Source: Verrucomicrobiota bacterium (GTDB lineage: Bacteria; Verrucomicrobiota; Verrucomicrobiia; Limisphaerales; AAA164-E04). From it: DNA of 64,000 bases. The position numbers and the translations under genes were made by a program. Shown piece by piece: positions 9,792-20,500 of the stretch. The notes beneath the pieces were generated by a model that did not search any database, was not told the origin of the DNA, and was given only the letters and a program-made list of their open reading frames with translations. Where the stretch lies: NCBI GenBank assembly GCA_047947115.1, contig CP170459.1:5888001-5952000 (forward strand). Reading direction: 5' to 3'. How positions within the stretch are numbered: the first letter of the stretch is position 1; every line of letters begins with the position of its first letter.

Positions 9792-10190
9792 TCAATTCAA
9801 CGGCACATAGCGCGTTTCATCGCCATCACGGATAATTGCCATCGGATACCCTTTCATGAGTTCTTCAAATTCGGAATCGGTGAGTCTGGGAATCTTGAAT
9901 TCGGATTCCTGCCGAGAGGATTGCATCGTAGTCTTGGCCACTGTTGTCGCACTAGATTGCGAATGCATCACAAGGTTCGTGTTTGACTGCTTCCCCATGC
10001 GTTCTCGCCCATGAAACATCAAAACTCCCAACACTAGAATCAAGGGAGCTCCGAAAGCAACCGCCTGCCGTCGAAGGCGACGTGATCGAGCAGCCTGCAT
10101 CGTCCGACGGAATGATTGTGACCGAAGCTCATTCAAGTCATCTTCCAACACGGGATCCTGAGAAAGTGGATGGTTCGGGTCAGTCTTCAT
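9792..10190 (-). CDS. Single-pass membrane protein, probable anti-sigma factor
   Basis: Overlaps the 3' end of an ECF gene. Short cytoplasmic part, Arg cluster and one TM helix (AVAFGAPLILVLGVLMF). Confidence 0.65.
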   Translation of the reverse strand: MKTDPNHPLSQDPVLEDDLNELRSQSFRRTMQAARSRRLRRQAVAFGAPLILVLGVLMFHGRERMGKQSNTNLVMHSQSSATTVAKTTMQSSRQESEFKIPRLTDSEFEELMKGYPMAIIRDGDETRYVPLN

Positions 10191-10767
10191 GACGGTCTTT
10201 CAGTTGATTTAACAATTCCTTTTTGAAATTTTTCCTCAGTCTTGTCAATTTGGATTCAATCGCCTTGGGGCTTGTTTCCAAGCATGCGGCGATCTGCTTG
10301 ACCGATTGGTTTTCAAGATACTTTTGAGTCATCAAAAACCGGTCACCTTCAGGCAGGGATTCGATGCTCTTCTGCAGGACCGAATGATAGTCTTGATCCA
10401 GATCATTGAGATGTATTGAAACAGAAGCATCTTCCCCTTGAAACCCGAACCAGTCAGTCAACCGATCCAGCATACCTCGATACCGGTTCTGGCGGCGAGC
10501 CTGGTCGCGCAGCACATTGCGGGCGACCGTGGTCAACCATCTCCAGAAATCCTCCTCCGAATCCATGGGCCGCACCTTGCGCGCAACACGAATCATGGTT
10601 TCCTGCACGGCATCCTGCACCATCACTTCATTGCCATAAGCAGCCACCAGGAGATAACGATACAATCTCAGAAAATACACATCATACAAACGACGAAAAG
10701 CTTCCTCCTCACCACGTGCAAGAGCCCGTGTCCATCAAAGGATCGGCATTGGTTCCGACGGTTTCAT
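10180..10767 (-). pseudogene. ECF sigma-70 factor with an in-frame TGA at 10735-10737
   Basis: Reads MKPSEPMPIL*WTRALARGEEEAFRRLYDVYFLRLYRY...DAVQETM...WLTTVARN...QIAACLETSPKAIESKLTRLR. An N-truncated product from TTG at 10689 is possible. Confidence 0.65.
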
Positions 10768-10831
10768 CGACACGGGCGAAATGACTACAGTTTTAAATGG
10801 TTTGGAAACTACATCCATTGAATCATCTGTC

Positions 10832-11743
10832 TCAATAAGTAGCCTTGACTCCTTCATCGCTACCGCCAAAGCCTCCAGTACGGGCTCCCCCCATCCCCAT
10901 ACCGCCTCCATAACCACCACCTGCTCCCCCCATCCCAGAAGCACCGCCCATGAACCCACCCCCGCTACCGAAGCCAAAATCACCACCATACGGTCCACCG
11001 GTATTCCCATTCATGGCCTGAACGATCTCTCCCACGACATTTACCGCATCTGGCTGACCGATCACAATCACCAATTTGGAAGACATGTGTGTTTGCAGTT
11101 TCGGCATTTCCATGAACTGCGAATCACCAAGAACAGCTTTGTAAGACTCCAATGCATTTATAATGGTCGTGTACAATTCTTCGTCCAATTCACGACTGGC
11201 ATTCCGCAACAATTCCTCTTGATATTTGCGCTGGATATCTGCGGCTGCACGTTTGTCTTCACCAGCAGATTTGATGGCTTCATCTATTTTCCATTTCTCC
11301 TGCTGAAACAGCTCACCTTGAATTCGGTGGAAATAAGGGCCGAACGAAAACGCTTTTAGGATCGGTTTCGATTCCCTGGGCATCCGAACCTGGATCGAAT
11401 ACATATCTCCCCCCTCATCCGTGATCTTCACCATTCCCTGCTGCTGAATCTCCACGGCTTTGAGAATATTTTTAAGCCCTACGGATCGAAGTTCCAAATC
11501 CACCAGCACCTTGTCCGCTGGCCCCGCAGTCACGAACTGCACTCCATGAAATTCACTCCGCAAAAAACTTACTACTTCCAACAAAGGAAGCCCCTCGAAT
11601 TGGCACTCAGGGATGACCAGGTTTTCCCAGGTTGACTGGGTAGACAAGGGTTTTAGGACAAACTCCTCTTGAGCCTGAGAAGAAACCAACACCATCAGTC
11701 CCACCCCGACGAATAAACGAGTTAACATATTTACCTTTTTCAT
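10832..11743 (-). CDS. Secreted hypothetical protein with a secretin-N-like region and a Gly/Met-rich C-terminal tail
   Basis: Signal peptide MKKVNMLTRLFVGVGLMVLVSSQA; IPECQFEGLPLLEVVSFL and LVIVIGQPDAVNVV resemble secretin N-domains; GGGFMGG-type repeats. Confidence 0.6.
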   Translation of the reverse strand: MKKVNMLTRLFVGVGLMVLVSSQAQEEFVLKPLSTQSTWENLVIPECQFEGLPLLEVVSFLRSEFHGVQFVTAGPADKVLVDLELRSVGLKNILKAVEIQQQGMVKITDEGGDMYSIQVRMPRESKPILKAFSFGPYFHRIQGELFQQEKWKIDEAIKSAGEDKRAAADIQRKYQEELLRNASRELDEELYTTIINALESYKAVLGDSQFMEMPKLQTHMSSKLVIVIGQPDAVNVVGEIVQAMNGNTGGPYGGDFGFGSGGGFMGGASGMGGAGGGYGGGMGMGGARTGGFGGSDEGVKATY

Positions 11744-11807
11744 AAGCATCACCCCCATAACGCCACCCAAATGAAAATCCTTCAAAAAAAAATCAACTCA
11801 CATCAAA

Positions 11808-11873
11808 GTAGCCGCGTTTGCAAAAACGTGGCACCACACTCCCACTTCGTATCCGCATTTGCAAAAATGTGGC
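11808..11873 (+). repeat. Two direct REP-like hairpin units
   Basis: GTAGCCGCGTTTGCAAAAACGTGGC (11808-11832) and GTATCCGCATTTGCAAAAATGTGGC (11849-11873). Confidence 0.75.
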
Positions 11874-11990
11874 AATAGATCTCCCCGCGGGACCAAAGGC
11901 CACATCCCAGGATGAAACAATATGGAGTACATGGACTAAACACCTACAAAAAACACTTTCCCCAACAGCCAGTTATGGCAAATTGGTTCC

Positions 11991-12831
11991 ATGAATTCCT
12001 TCTGGAAGGACCTCCCGGCACTGCTACCTGAGTTTGGCATGCTCACAGTAGGGCTGACGTTCACCTTTTTGCTGATTGGGTGGGTCACGTCCATTTCTGT
12101 TTCGAAACAACATGGCTGGATTGCATTGCTGGCATTCATCCCCGTCACCAATCCGATTGCCATCCTTCTTCTCTTCACCAAAAGAAACACGAACACATTA
12201 CTCCCCGTCGTTTTTTATGGGCTTGCACTGGTCGTCTGGTTCAGCGGCAGCGGACTTTCAAAAAAAATCGAACAAGATCGACTCACCGCAATCAAAGAAC
12301 AACTCACAGCAAATGGCGAACCCATCACCGGACTGGCTTACAAGAAACCCATAGCCGATCCCGAACTCAACGTCTGGCATCACCCCTTCTTTTCCAACTT
12401 CATTGAAGCAGCTCACCAAACCATAGCTGAAGTAAGCACCAACAAAATAGCACTCCCCACACGAAAAATGTTCAAATTACCCAACAGGACGGGGCATGTT
12501 CAATATGTACGTCCGGACCAGGGGAAACATTCCTTTGCAAATCCATTCGAAAGATTAAACGAGCACGCGCAGGAAACCATCCTTCTCTCAAGTGAAGATA
12601 GTCCAGAGGCAAAAAACCTATACACGTTCACAGGGGCCACCTCCGGACGACATACTATGGGCCGTAGGCGAACAAACGAAGCAACTTCCCCCCGCAACCC
12701 TCCCACCCAAAACGGCTAACAATGCAAGAATGGATGCGGAGATGATGAAACGCTATGGCTTGATCCCTATCGAAAACAACAAAGAAACCTCCTCCTCCAA
12801 CGGAGAAGACAAAGAGGCAACCTCGCAATAA
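11991..12831 (+). pseudogene. Membrane-anchored hypothetical protein, probably frameshifted at an A6 run (12611-12616)
   Basis: Three N-terminal TM segments. Overlapping ORFs 11991..12719 and 12592..12831 join cleanly if one A is removed (…EAKTYTRSQGPPPDD…MDAEMMKRYGLIP). Confidence 0.55.
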
Positions 12832-12877
12832 AAACGTTCCACCTTCACCAAGAACACCCAACAACCCAAGCGCCCTC

Positions 12878-13059
12878 TGGAGTGCTCCGAGTCATCGGAG
12901 CTTTGAATACGAACCGAACGCGTCAAGACTGCCCCAACACAAAAAATGCCACCCTACGACCGAATTCAAAACATCAGAAAAAAAGTTCATCTCTCGCAAC
13001 AAGAAAACCAAAACGCTTCCCTGACGTATCCAGAGCGGTGTCGTGACCACCGCAGTCCA
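12878..13059. repeat. Inverted pair of GGA(G/C)TGC-type REP hairpins (REPIN-like)
   Basis: TGGAGTGCTCCGAGTCATCGGAGCTTTG at 12878-12905; on the minus strand TGGACTGCGGTGGTCACGACACCGCTCTG at 13031-13059. Confidence 0.65.
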
Positions 13060-13145
13060 GAGTAGCTCAACCAGTACCACACGCCATGGAACTGATGCAA
13101 CCAACCCTGATGACTCGCAGAAACACGCCGTCGTTCTCCAAACTT

Positions 13146-13197
13146 CTTCGTGCCCTTCGTAACTTCGTGGTAAAAAAACACCGCGCCTCCGCGTGAG
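13146..13197. repeat. Short tandem units CTTCGT x3 and CCGCG x2 downstream of pheT
   Basis: cttcgtgcc-cttcgtaa-cttcgtggt and ccgcgcct-ccgcgtgag. Confidence 0.6.
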
Positions 13198-13216
13198 TAT
13201 CAAACCCAGCGCCCCC

Positions 13217-15637
13217 TCAACGCATTTCGGCACCCAGAGCTTTTTGCAGATGTTGCACCAGCTGATCGTGGGCCTTGTTGACCTGATTGTCGGTGAGGGT
13301 TGTTTCGGGGTCACGGTAGACGAAGGTGTAAGCGACACTCTTCTTTCCTTCGGGGACGTTCTTGCCCCGGAAGATGTCAAAGACTTCCACGGAATCCAAT
13401 TGATTGATCTTCGCTTTCTTCACCGCTTGGTTGACGTCGGCATGCGTGGTGGTTTCGTCGACCAACATCGCAATGTCGCGTCGAACGGATGGGTAAGCTG
13501 GCAATGCCTTGAAGGATCGACTGCTCACTCTCATAGCCACCAATCGTTCCAAATCCAGTTCGGCCATGAACACGGAGTCTTTGATGTCGTAGTCACGTGC
13601 AATCAAAGGCATGAGTTGTCCGATGGTTCCCAGCACGTTTTTGCCGAGACAGAGCGAGGCTTTCTCAACGAAAAACTCGTTTTGTTCGCAGGTCTCGGTG
13701 CGCCAGGAGAATCCTCGGATACCAAAGGTGTCCAGGAAGGTGTCCACCAATCCTTTCAGATCAAAGACGTCGACCTTTTCCGCTTTGGCTCCGCCTTTCC
13801 AAAAAACCAACTGACGCGATCCCGTCCAGGCAATGGCCACTCTGCGAGATTCCCGGGTTTGGTTTTCGTCAGGTAAAAAGACACGTCCAACTTCAAAAAC
13901 AGCCACGTCGGTGTTGCGATGATTGACGTTGTGGCGCAGCACGTCCAACAGTCCGGGCAGCAGGCTCGGACGCAGGACGTTCATATCGGAACTCAAAGGG
14001 TATTCGAGTGCGACGCAATCGTTTGCAACGCGTTTAGCGTCGCTTTCTGCAATCAAGGTCTGCCCTTGGGTTTCGAACAATCCCATTGAGGTCAGTAGCT
14101 GACGGGCTTCCATCAATTGATCATGCTCGCTGTCGAATTCATTCGATCCGTGCGCTCCGCGCGGCGGAGTGGATGGAATGCGATCCACCCCGTAAAGTCG
14201 GGTGACCTCTTCGATCAGATCAATCTCGCGTTTCAAATCAACCCGATAAGTTGGAATCTGCACCTTGCAGGAAGTCGCATCGCTCTCGACGCATTTCAGT
14301 TCAATGGATTCAAGGAGACGCTTCTGTTCTTCAGCGGGAATGGAAATTCCCAGCAACGCATCGGTCTTTGCGTAACGCAACGCCATGGTTTGAGGTTCCG
14401 TTTTGCCGGGGTAGACATCGACCACGCCCTGGCACAAGGTGCCGCCGGCGGTTGCCAAAATCAGTTGAGCCGCGCGTCGACTTGCCCAGTCACAAATCTC
14501 GACATCGGCCCCACGCTCAAAACGATACGATGCGTCGGTACGAAGTTCCAGCAGCTTGGATGTACGACGAATGTTTCCGGGATGGAAGCAAGCGCTCTCC
14601 AACAGCACGTCGGTGGTCTGATCATTGATCTCGGTATTCAGACCACCCATCACACCTGCCAGCGCAATACCCTGTGTTTCATCGGCGATGAGCAACATTT
14701 CCGAATCAAGTTCATGTGACTGATCATCCAGCGTGGTGAATGGTTCTTTATCGGAAGCGGTGCGCACGACAACGGTCGGCAGATTATTGCCGGACTTTTT
14801 CAGCAAGTTCAAATCGAAGGCGTGCAGCGGTTGACCGATTTCCAGCATCACGAAATTGGTCACGTCCACGACATTGCTGATGCTGCGCACACCAACTTTT
14901 TCCAATGCCTGCTTCAACCAGTTGGGACTGGGACCGATCTTGACGCCTTTGATGACGCGTGCCTGGTAGCGAGGACATTTCTCGGCGTCATCAATACGAA
15001 CGCTCACCAGACTTTCCACCGCTTCGCCCGTTTCGGCAGGAGCGACTTCGGGCCACTTGAGCGGGTTACCGGTCAGGGCCGCTATTTCACGCGCGATGCC
15101 GATGACACTGTTGTAGTCGGGACGGTTGGGTGTGACTTCCAGATCGAGCACCACGTCCTGTTCGGCGCAACCGAGGTATTCGGCAAAAGGTTGTCCCACC
15201 GTAGCGTTCGCATCGAGGATCATCAGGCCATCGGAATCTTCGGTGACGCCGAGTTCCGAACCTGAACACATCATGCCGCAGGATTCCACGCCACGCAGTT
15301 TCCCGACTTTGATGGTGAATGGTTTTTCGCCCGGTTTCGCGGGAAGAGAGCTGCCGGGCAGGATCATGGGCACCTTGTCTCCCACCTTGAAATTCTTCGC
15401 GCCGCAAACGATCTGTCGTGTCCCCTGCCCGTCCGCCACCTGGCAGACGGAGAGTTTGTCCGCATCGGGATGGGGTTTGGATTCGAGCACTTCGGCGACA
15501 ACGATGCCATCGTAACCACCGCCGACGGTTTCCACACCCTCTACTTCCAGCCCGAGCATGGTCAATCGCTCGGTCAGCTCTTCGACCGTCCAGTCGAAAT
15601 CCACGTATTGTTTTAATCCGTTAACCGTGACTTTCAT
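13217..15637 (-). CDS. pheT: Phenylalanine-tRNA ligase beta subunit
   Basis: 806 aa; HPDADKL, IVCGAKN, LEVTPNRPD, YRFERG, DLIEEV, C-terminal anticodon-binding domain (YPSVRRDIA). Confidence 0.99.
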   Translation of the reverse strand: MKVTVNGLKQYVDFDWTVEELTERLTMLGLEVEGVETVGGGYDGIVVAEVLESKPHPDADKLSVCQVADGQGTRQIVCGAKNFKVGDKVPMILPGSSLPAKPGEKPFTIKVGKLRGVESCGMMCSGSELGVTEDSDGLMILDANATVGQPFAEYLGCAEQDVVLDLEVTPNRPDYNSVIGIAREIAALTGNPLKWPEVAPAETGEAVESLVSVRIDDAEKCPRYQARVIKGVKIGPSPNWLKQALEKVGVRSISNVVDVTNFVMLEIGQPLHAFDLNLLKKSGNNLPTVVVRTASDKEPFTTLDDQSHELDSEMLLIADETQGIALAGVMGGLNTEINDQTTDVLLESACFHPGNIRRTSKLLELRTDASYRFERGADVEICDWASRRAAQLILATAGGTLCQGVVDVYPGKTEPQTMALRYAKTDALLGISIPAEEQKRLLESIELKCVESDATSCKVQIPTYRVDLKREIDLIEEVTRLYGVDRIPSTPPRGAHGSNEFDSEHDQLMEARQLLTSMGLFETQGQTLIAESDAKRVANDCVALEYPLSSDMNVLRPSLLPGLLDVLRHNVNHRNTDVAVFEVGRVFLPDENQTRESRRVAIAWTGSRQLVFWKGGAKAEKVDVFDLKGLVDTFLDTFGIRGFSWRTETCEQNEFFVEKASLCLGKNVLGTIGQLMPLIARDYDIKDSVFMAELDLERLVAMRVSSRSFKALPAYPSVRRDIAMLVDETTTHADVNQAVKKAKINQLDSVEVFDIFRGKNVPEGKKSVAYTFVYRDPETTLTDNQVNKAHDQLVQHLQKALGAEMR

Positions 15638-15655
15638 CAGAAATCTTTCCCTAAA

Positions 15656-16654
15656 TTAGAATTGGTTCAAGAAACGCAGGTCGTTTTCGTAGAACAAACG
15701 AATGTCGTTGATGCCATATCGAATCATGGCGATGCGTTCGATCCCGAACCCGAAAGCCCAACCGGTCCATTCCTCGGGATTGTATCCCACGTTCTCGAAC
15801 ACCTTGGGATGCACCATGCCGCAACCGGCGATCTCCAACCATTCCTTACCCATCTTGCGGGTCAGGGCACTTGAGAAATCAATTTCCAGACTGGGTTCCG
15901 TGTAAGAAAAGTAGTGTGGTCGGAAGCGTAGTTTCACATCCTTCCCCAACAGCTCCTTGAACACGAATTCCACCGTCCCCTTCATGTCACCCAGGGTGAC
16001 GTTGCGATCCACATAGAGACCTTCGATCTGGTGAAAGGTCGGGTTATGTGTGGCATCGGCTGTGTCTCGACGATATACGCGACCCGGCACAATGATGCGA
16101 ATTGGCGGCGGTTGGGTTTCCATCACCCGAATCTGAACGGAAGAAGTATGGGTGCGGAGCAAGGGACGATTGGGGGTGTTGATGTAAAACGTGTCCTGAC
16201 TGTCGCGTGCCGGGTGATCGGCCGGGGTGTTGAGTGCGTCAAAACAGTGATATTCGTCCTCCACTTCCGGCCCGTCGGCCACGACGAATCCGATTTTACG
16301 GAAACTGCGAACAATGTCCTCGGTGACCTGGGTAAGTGGGTGGAGCTTACCCAGTTGGGGACGTCGTCCCGGCAGGGTGAAATCGGTTGGTTCCGTCGGC
16401 AAGCAGGCGGCAAGTTCGAGGACTTCTTTTTGTTTGGCCAGTAAACCTTCGAGTTTATTTTTGGCAATATTAATCCTCTTGCCGGCTTCGGGGCGTTGAT
16501 CCTTGGGGAGTGACCCCATCTGCTTGAGCAGCGCAGTGAACTGGCCGTTGACACCGAGGTATTTAACACGTGCGGCGTCCAGATCGGAGAGGTTACCTGC
16601 GGCTTGCAGAGCCTGGAGCGCTTCCTCCGTCAAAGGGTCGATTTGATCGAGCAT
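15656..16654 (-). CDS. pheS: Phenylalanine-tRNA ligase alpha subunit
   Basis: HPARDSQDTFY, LLRTHTSSVQIR, FHQIEG, FRPHYFSYTEPS, GWAFGFGIERIAM. Start could be 16663. Confidence 0.99.
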   Translation of the reverse strand: MLDQIDPLTEEALQALQAAGNLSDLDAARVKYLGVNGQFTALLKQMGSLPKDQRPEAGKRINIAKNKLEGLLAKQKEVLELAACLPTEPTDFTLPGRRPQLGKLHPLTQVTEDIVRSFRKIGFVVADGPEVEDEYHCFDALNTPADHPARDSQDTFYINTPNRPLLRTHTSSVQIRVMETQPPPIRIIVPGRVYRRDTADATHNPTFHQIEGLYVDRNVTLGDMKGTVEFVFKELLGKDVKLRFRPHYFSYTEPSLEIDFSSALTRKMGKEWLEIAGCGMVHPKVFENVGYNPEEWTGWAFGFGIERIAMIRYGINDIRLFYENDLRFLNQF

Positions 16655-16709
16655 TCCTGACATATAAAAAGGTGGATAGAGGTGTTCAGGTGAATATTGA
16701 GTAACAAAT

Positions 16710-16747
16710 AAAAAACAACCGGACGTCCACAAGAGGTCGCCCGGTTG
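16710..16747 (-). terminator. Intrinsic terminator between rplT and pheS
   Basis: Minus strand CAACCGG...CCGGTTG followed by TTTTTT. Confidence 0.6.
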
Positions 16748-16796
16748 ATTGATAAATTCGATGTTGATCTACGAAGTCCGATTCGATCTGGCCGAA

Positions 16797-17162
16797 TCAG
16801 GCAGCCTTCGCCTTCAAACCGTCCTGGGCGAGCTTGACCAGTTCGGCAAAAGCGGTGGAATCCGTGGCAGCAATATCAGCCAGCGCTTTGCGATTCAGAT
16901 CCACTTTGGCGGCTTTCAAACCTTCGATGAAACGACTGTAAGTAATACCGGCGGAACGAGCGGCAGCATTGATACGGACCTGCCACAAGCGGCGATATTC
17001 GCGCTTCTTGTTGCGGCGGTCACGATAGGAATACTGACGGCCATGATCCAGAGCGTCTGCGGCGTAACGGTAAAGCTTGGAACGACGCAAACGGAAGCCT
17101 TTAGCGGCTTGTAATACTCGTTTACGACGTTTACGGGATGCGACTGCGTTTGTAACTCTCAT
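16797..17162 (-). CDS. rplT: 50S ribosomal protein L20
   Basis: YRDRRNKKREYRRLWQVRINAAAR, YSRFIEGLK, LNRKALADIA. Confidence 0.99.
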   Translation of the reverse strand: MRVTNAVASRKRRKRVLQAAKGFRLRRSKLYRYAADALDHGRQYSYRDRRNKKREYRRLWQVRINAAARSAGITYSRFIEGLKAAKVDLNRKALADIAATDSTAFAELVKLAQDGLKAKAA

Positions 17163-17197
17163 GGTACGCTTTTACTAAAAATTTCCTTATAAACAAC

Positions 17198-17407
17198 TTA
17201 GCGACTGAACGGCAAGTTTTCGATCACGCGTTTGTAATCTGACTTGTCCAGTTCGACCGATTTGCCGAGTTTCCGGCGGCGCTTCGGACTCTTGCTTGAA
17301 AGCAAGTGACGTTTGCCAGAGTGATTACGCATCACTTTGCCGGAACCGGTGATCTTGAACCGTTTGGCCACTGCTTTTCTCGTTTTTGCTCCTCTTGCTC
17401 GACGCAT
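17198..17407 (-). CDS. rpmI: 50S ribosomal protein L35
   Basis: KTRKAVAKRFKITGSGK...HLLSSKSPKRRRKL; GGAG upstream; directly before rplT. Confidence 0.97.
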   Translation of the reverse strand: MRRARGAKTRKAVAKRFKITGSGKVMRNHSGKRHLLSSKSPKRRRKLGKSVELDKSDYKRVIENLPFSR

Positions 17408-17538
17408 AATATTCAATTCTCCAAATTCAAAAGAGCGGTAACTATATGGACCGCCGTTTTCCGTTGCAAGAGGGAATTTTGCTTTTTTTTAACCCTCTTT
17501 TCCTTTCGGGTGGAATATATACTACGTTGCACCCCGAA

Positions 17539-20500
17539 CTATTGGGCGACAACGGCTTCCACCCTATAAACTGCCGGGCGCTCCCCCGACGGAATACGGA
17601 TCTTACCAGTTCCTTTGGCCTTCGCAATGACTTCTTTCGAAACTTTGCCACTTTCAAGCATCACCTCCCGAATCACGAAGTCTCCGGATTTTCCCGTCAA
17701 ATCAAGAATGAATGAATTCCCCTCTCCAACGTAAACCAAACCTCCACTGCCAGCACCCCACAATGCCCAAACATTTTTTTCGGCATCAGCCAGCCAGGGC
17801 CGCATGTCAGGAATTCCCTCGAGCAACTCCCGGGATGCGGTTGCCGGCAGGTTTGGCATTGAACCACCGGCGCACAAGAATGCCCATTTTGCCTGGTCAA
17901 AATGGCTGATAACAGCCTTTCCCGGATAGCGCGATCGATACTCGGCTGCCATCCGGGCCAAATGTTCATCTTTGGGCCGACCACCTTTCCACAGACGTTC
18001 ATGCTGCCTGGGTGCCAGGTTCTCTCCTCCTTTGGGTGCATAGAGTCCTTTGGGGGAAATCCACCAGTATTTGAAATCAATCACATCCACAAGACCACTT
18101 CGATCCGGATCATTCAGCAACGCGTCCTGCACCCCCTTCGGGGCGCTCAGGCCAATCAAGGGGTCAAGATGATGTTCCCGCATCCAATCTCCCACCGTAT
18201 CGAGCCAAAACGCCATGAAATGGAGTGGCCCTGAGTATTCTTCCCCTAACAAATGAATGACATTGGGTGAAGCTTTCAGGTTGGAAAGGCACTGTTGAAT
18301 GAAGCGCTGATGTAACTTCCGTCGCACCGGGTGATCCACATCATAGAAATCCTCCGCCATGAATATACGCTTTCGATTGGCATATGGTGGGGGCTCAGGA
18401 AAAGCGGTGGCATTGATATTATTGATCGAACGCCAAGGATAATCCGCCCAATGGGCGCCCGCCTCCAGAATGTGATGCTGAAAATACATCGCGTTTAAAA
18501 ACACAAGGCCCTGCTGCTGGCACAGATCGGCGAAGGATTTCAGACGATCAAAGTACCATGGATTGTATCGTGTCAGATCGTATTTACTTAGCCCATCCCA
18601 GGCGGCACCCTGACCGGAACGCGCCCAAGGTAATTCAAAAAAGGGTGGCCAGACATTTCCATCGATCCGCCGGATCATTTCATGATCATCACGGCGCCGA
18701 TCATACCAAAGACCGGGATGATGCCTCAGGCCAACCGCCCCCTCGGAAGACATGCGTTCCGCCAACATCTCCAGATCATCAGTAAACCCCTTTCCGTCCC
18801 GTCCGGGAACAAAACGTGTCAAATTGATCCCAAACTCCTCAACACGCGAAGAGGAAGCATGTCCGCGCCACCAGGCGATACCAGGCTGACGCCCTTTGGC
18901 CAGAAGCCCGTCAACGGTCAGCCAACCGTTATGCAAAGCAAGTTTTCTGGAAGGTTTTGTTTTATCCGGCTCCGGGGTGTGATCACTCTCCCATAGAGGA
19001 ATATCGGATAAGTGTGCGTTCAAGACCACAAAATCCACTGATTCCAAAGCACGAAGAGATTCGCTCCCCAACCGATCTTTCAATTGCCCGATATACAGAC
19101 TGTCCGGATCCACAAACTCATTGGAAGACCGCCAATGACCGTCACCCAGAAACTGAGCCCAGATACCGATTGCCCAGTTTGCCGCCGCGGGCGGTTTGCG
19201 ATTAGTCATGAGGGGTAGAGAACACTGCCACGCCACACAGTTTCCCGCCGCCCATCCAACGCCATTGTCCCACATCTCCCGGTTGTCAAACCTCAGACCA
19301 CCGCCATCCATGATCAAATTATCGTAAAGCACACCCGTAGCCCAACTCTCAATCGGTCCGCTGAAATCAAGCGCGTTGTTCGCTTCACAATGGACAAATA
19401 CATTGGGACCTGCAGCTCGCCATCCGGTGGAGAAATCGTGTCGCCCTTTTTCGCTGTAACAACGCAAAAACAAAGTCTGCTGGCCAGCTGTGTGAAAGGC
19501 GTGACGGCGATAACCGCCGATTTCGGAAACGGGTTTCAGGGAACGACAGTCCATGACTGATATCCGTCTGCATGTTTCCCAAACACTGACCAGAGAACTC
19601 ACAAAGTGGAGAGCTGTCACCTGTCTGACCCAGGCATCCTCCACATGATCCAAGGTGATCGCCATCCATGCGTGTTCCTCGTCTTTGGGGTTCGACTGAT
19701 CCCATGCGGACTGAAACCGCATATTTTCCACACCTGATTGACGCAAGCGTCCGCGTGCTTCAACGGGAATCACTTCCCCTCCCCCAAATTGCTTTTCCAA
19801 TGCACAGGTCAAAGGCACATCCAATGTGATGCTATTTCCATCAATACCGCTTATCGTCCTTTCCCAGAGGATATCGACCGTATCAGGTTTCCATGCCGGT
19901 GTCGGCCGGCTTTTCACGGAGGACATCCCCATCAGATCAATCCAGTTTTGGGGACTGGGACGGCGTACATGGATGCTTTGTCCAACACTTAGTCCATCCA
20001 CGGTGTTGAGGGTAAAACTTGAAGCATTTACGGGAACATATTCGTCCAGAATGGATCGAGGCATGCCACTGAACGCGGTGTGCCGACCATTGAATTCCAG
20101 CAAGGTGCGCCGGCTATGACCGACGGCGTTCAGCACAGTCCCATCCTCACCATCACCCGAACCACGCAACACCACACCACTGGATTCAATGCGCAATTGT
20201 CCGTGAATCTCAAACCACCCCTCCGTCAGACAGACCGCACCACGAAAACCATGCTCATCCATCGGCAAGCTGGAGACATGATCAATGGCAGATTGAATAT
20301 GGCGGGTATTGTCGCCTTCCAGAGGAGCAACCAACACTTTCGCAGAGACGGAGGGAATGGCAACACCTCCCCCTGCGTACCCGGCATGTGAGAAATCCGG
20401 CATACGATTCCCCTGGTCATCGAACTCATAGACCAGTTTTCCATTCTCCCCCAAATCAACGAATCGTTCAGCGGCGTGCAAAGTCCCGAAGAACGCAAAC

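Noticed and set aside
10860..11000. Low-complexity CCN-rich tract
   Set aside because: It is explained by the Gly/Met-rich C-terminal tail of the minus-strand gene 10832-11743.
12892..13380. ORFs spanning the pheT downstream region
   Set aside because: They run through REP-like repeats and an alternative frame of pheT, with no protein-like features.
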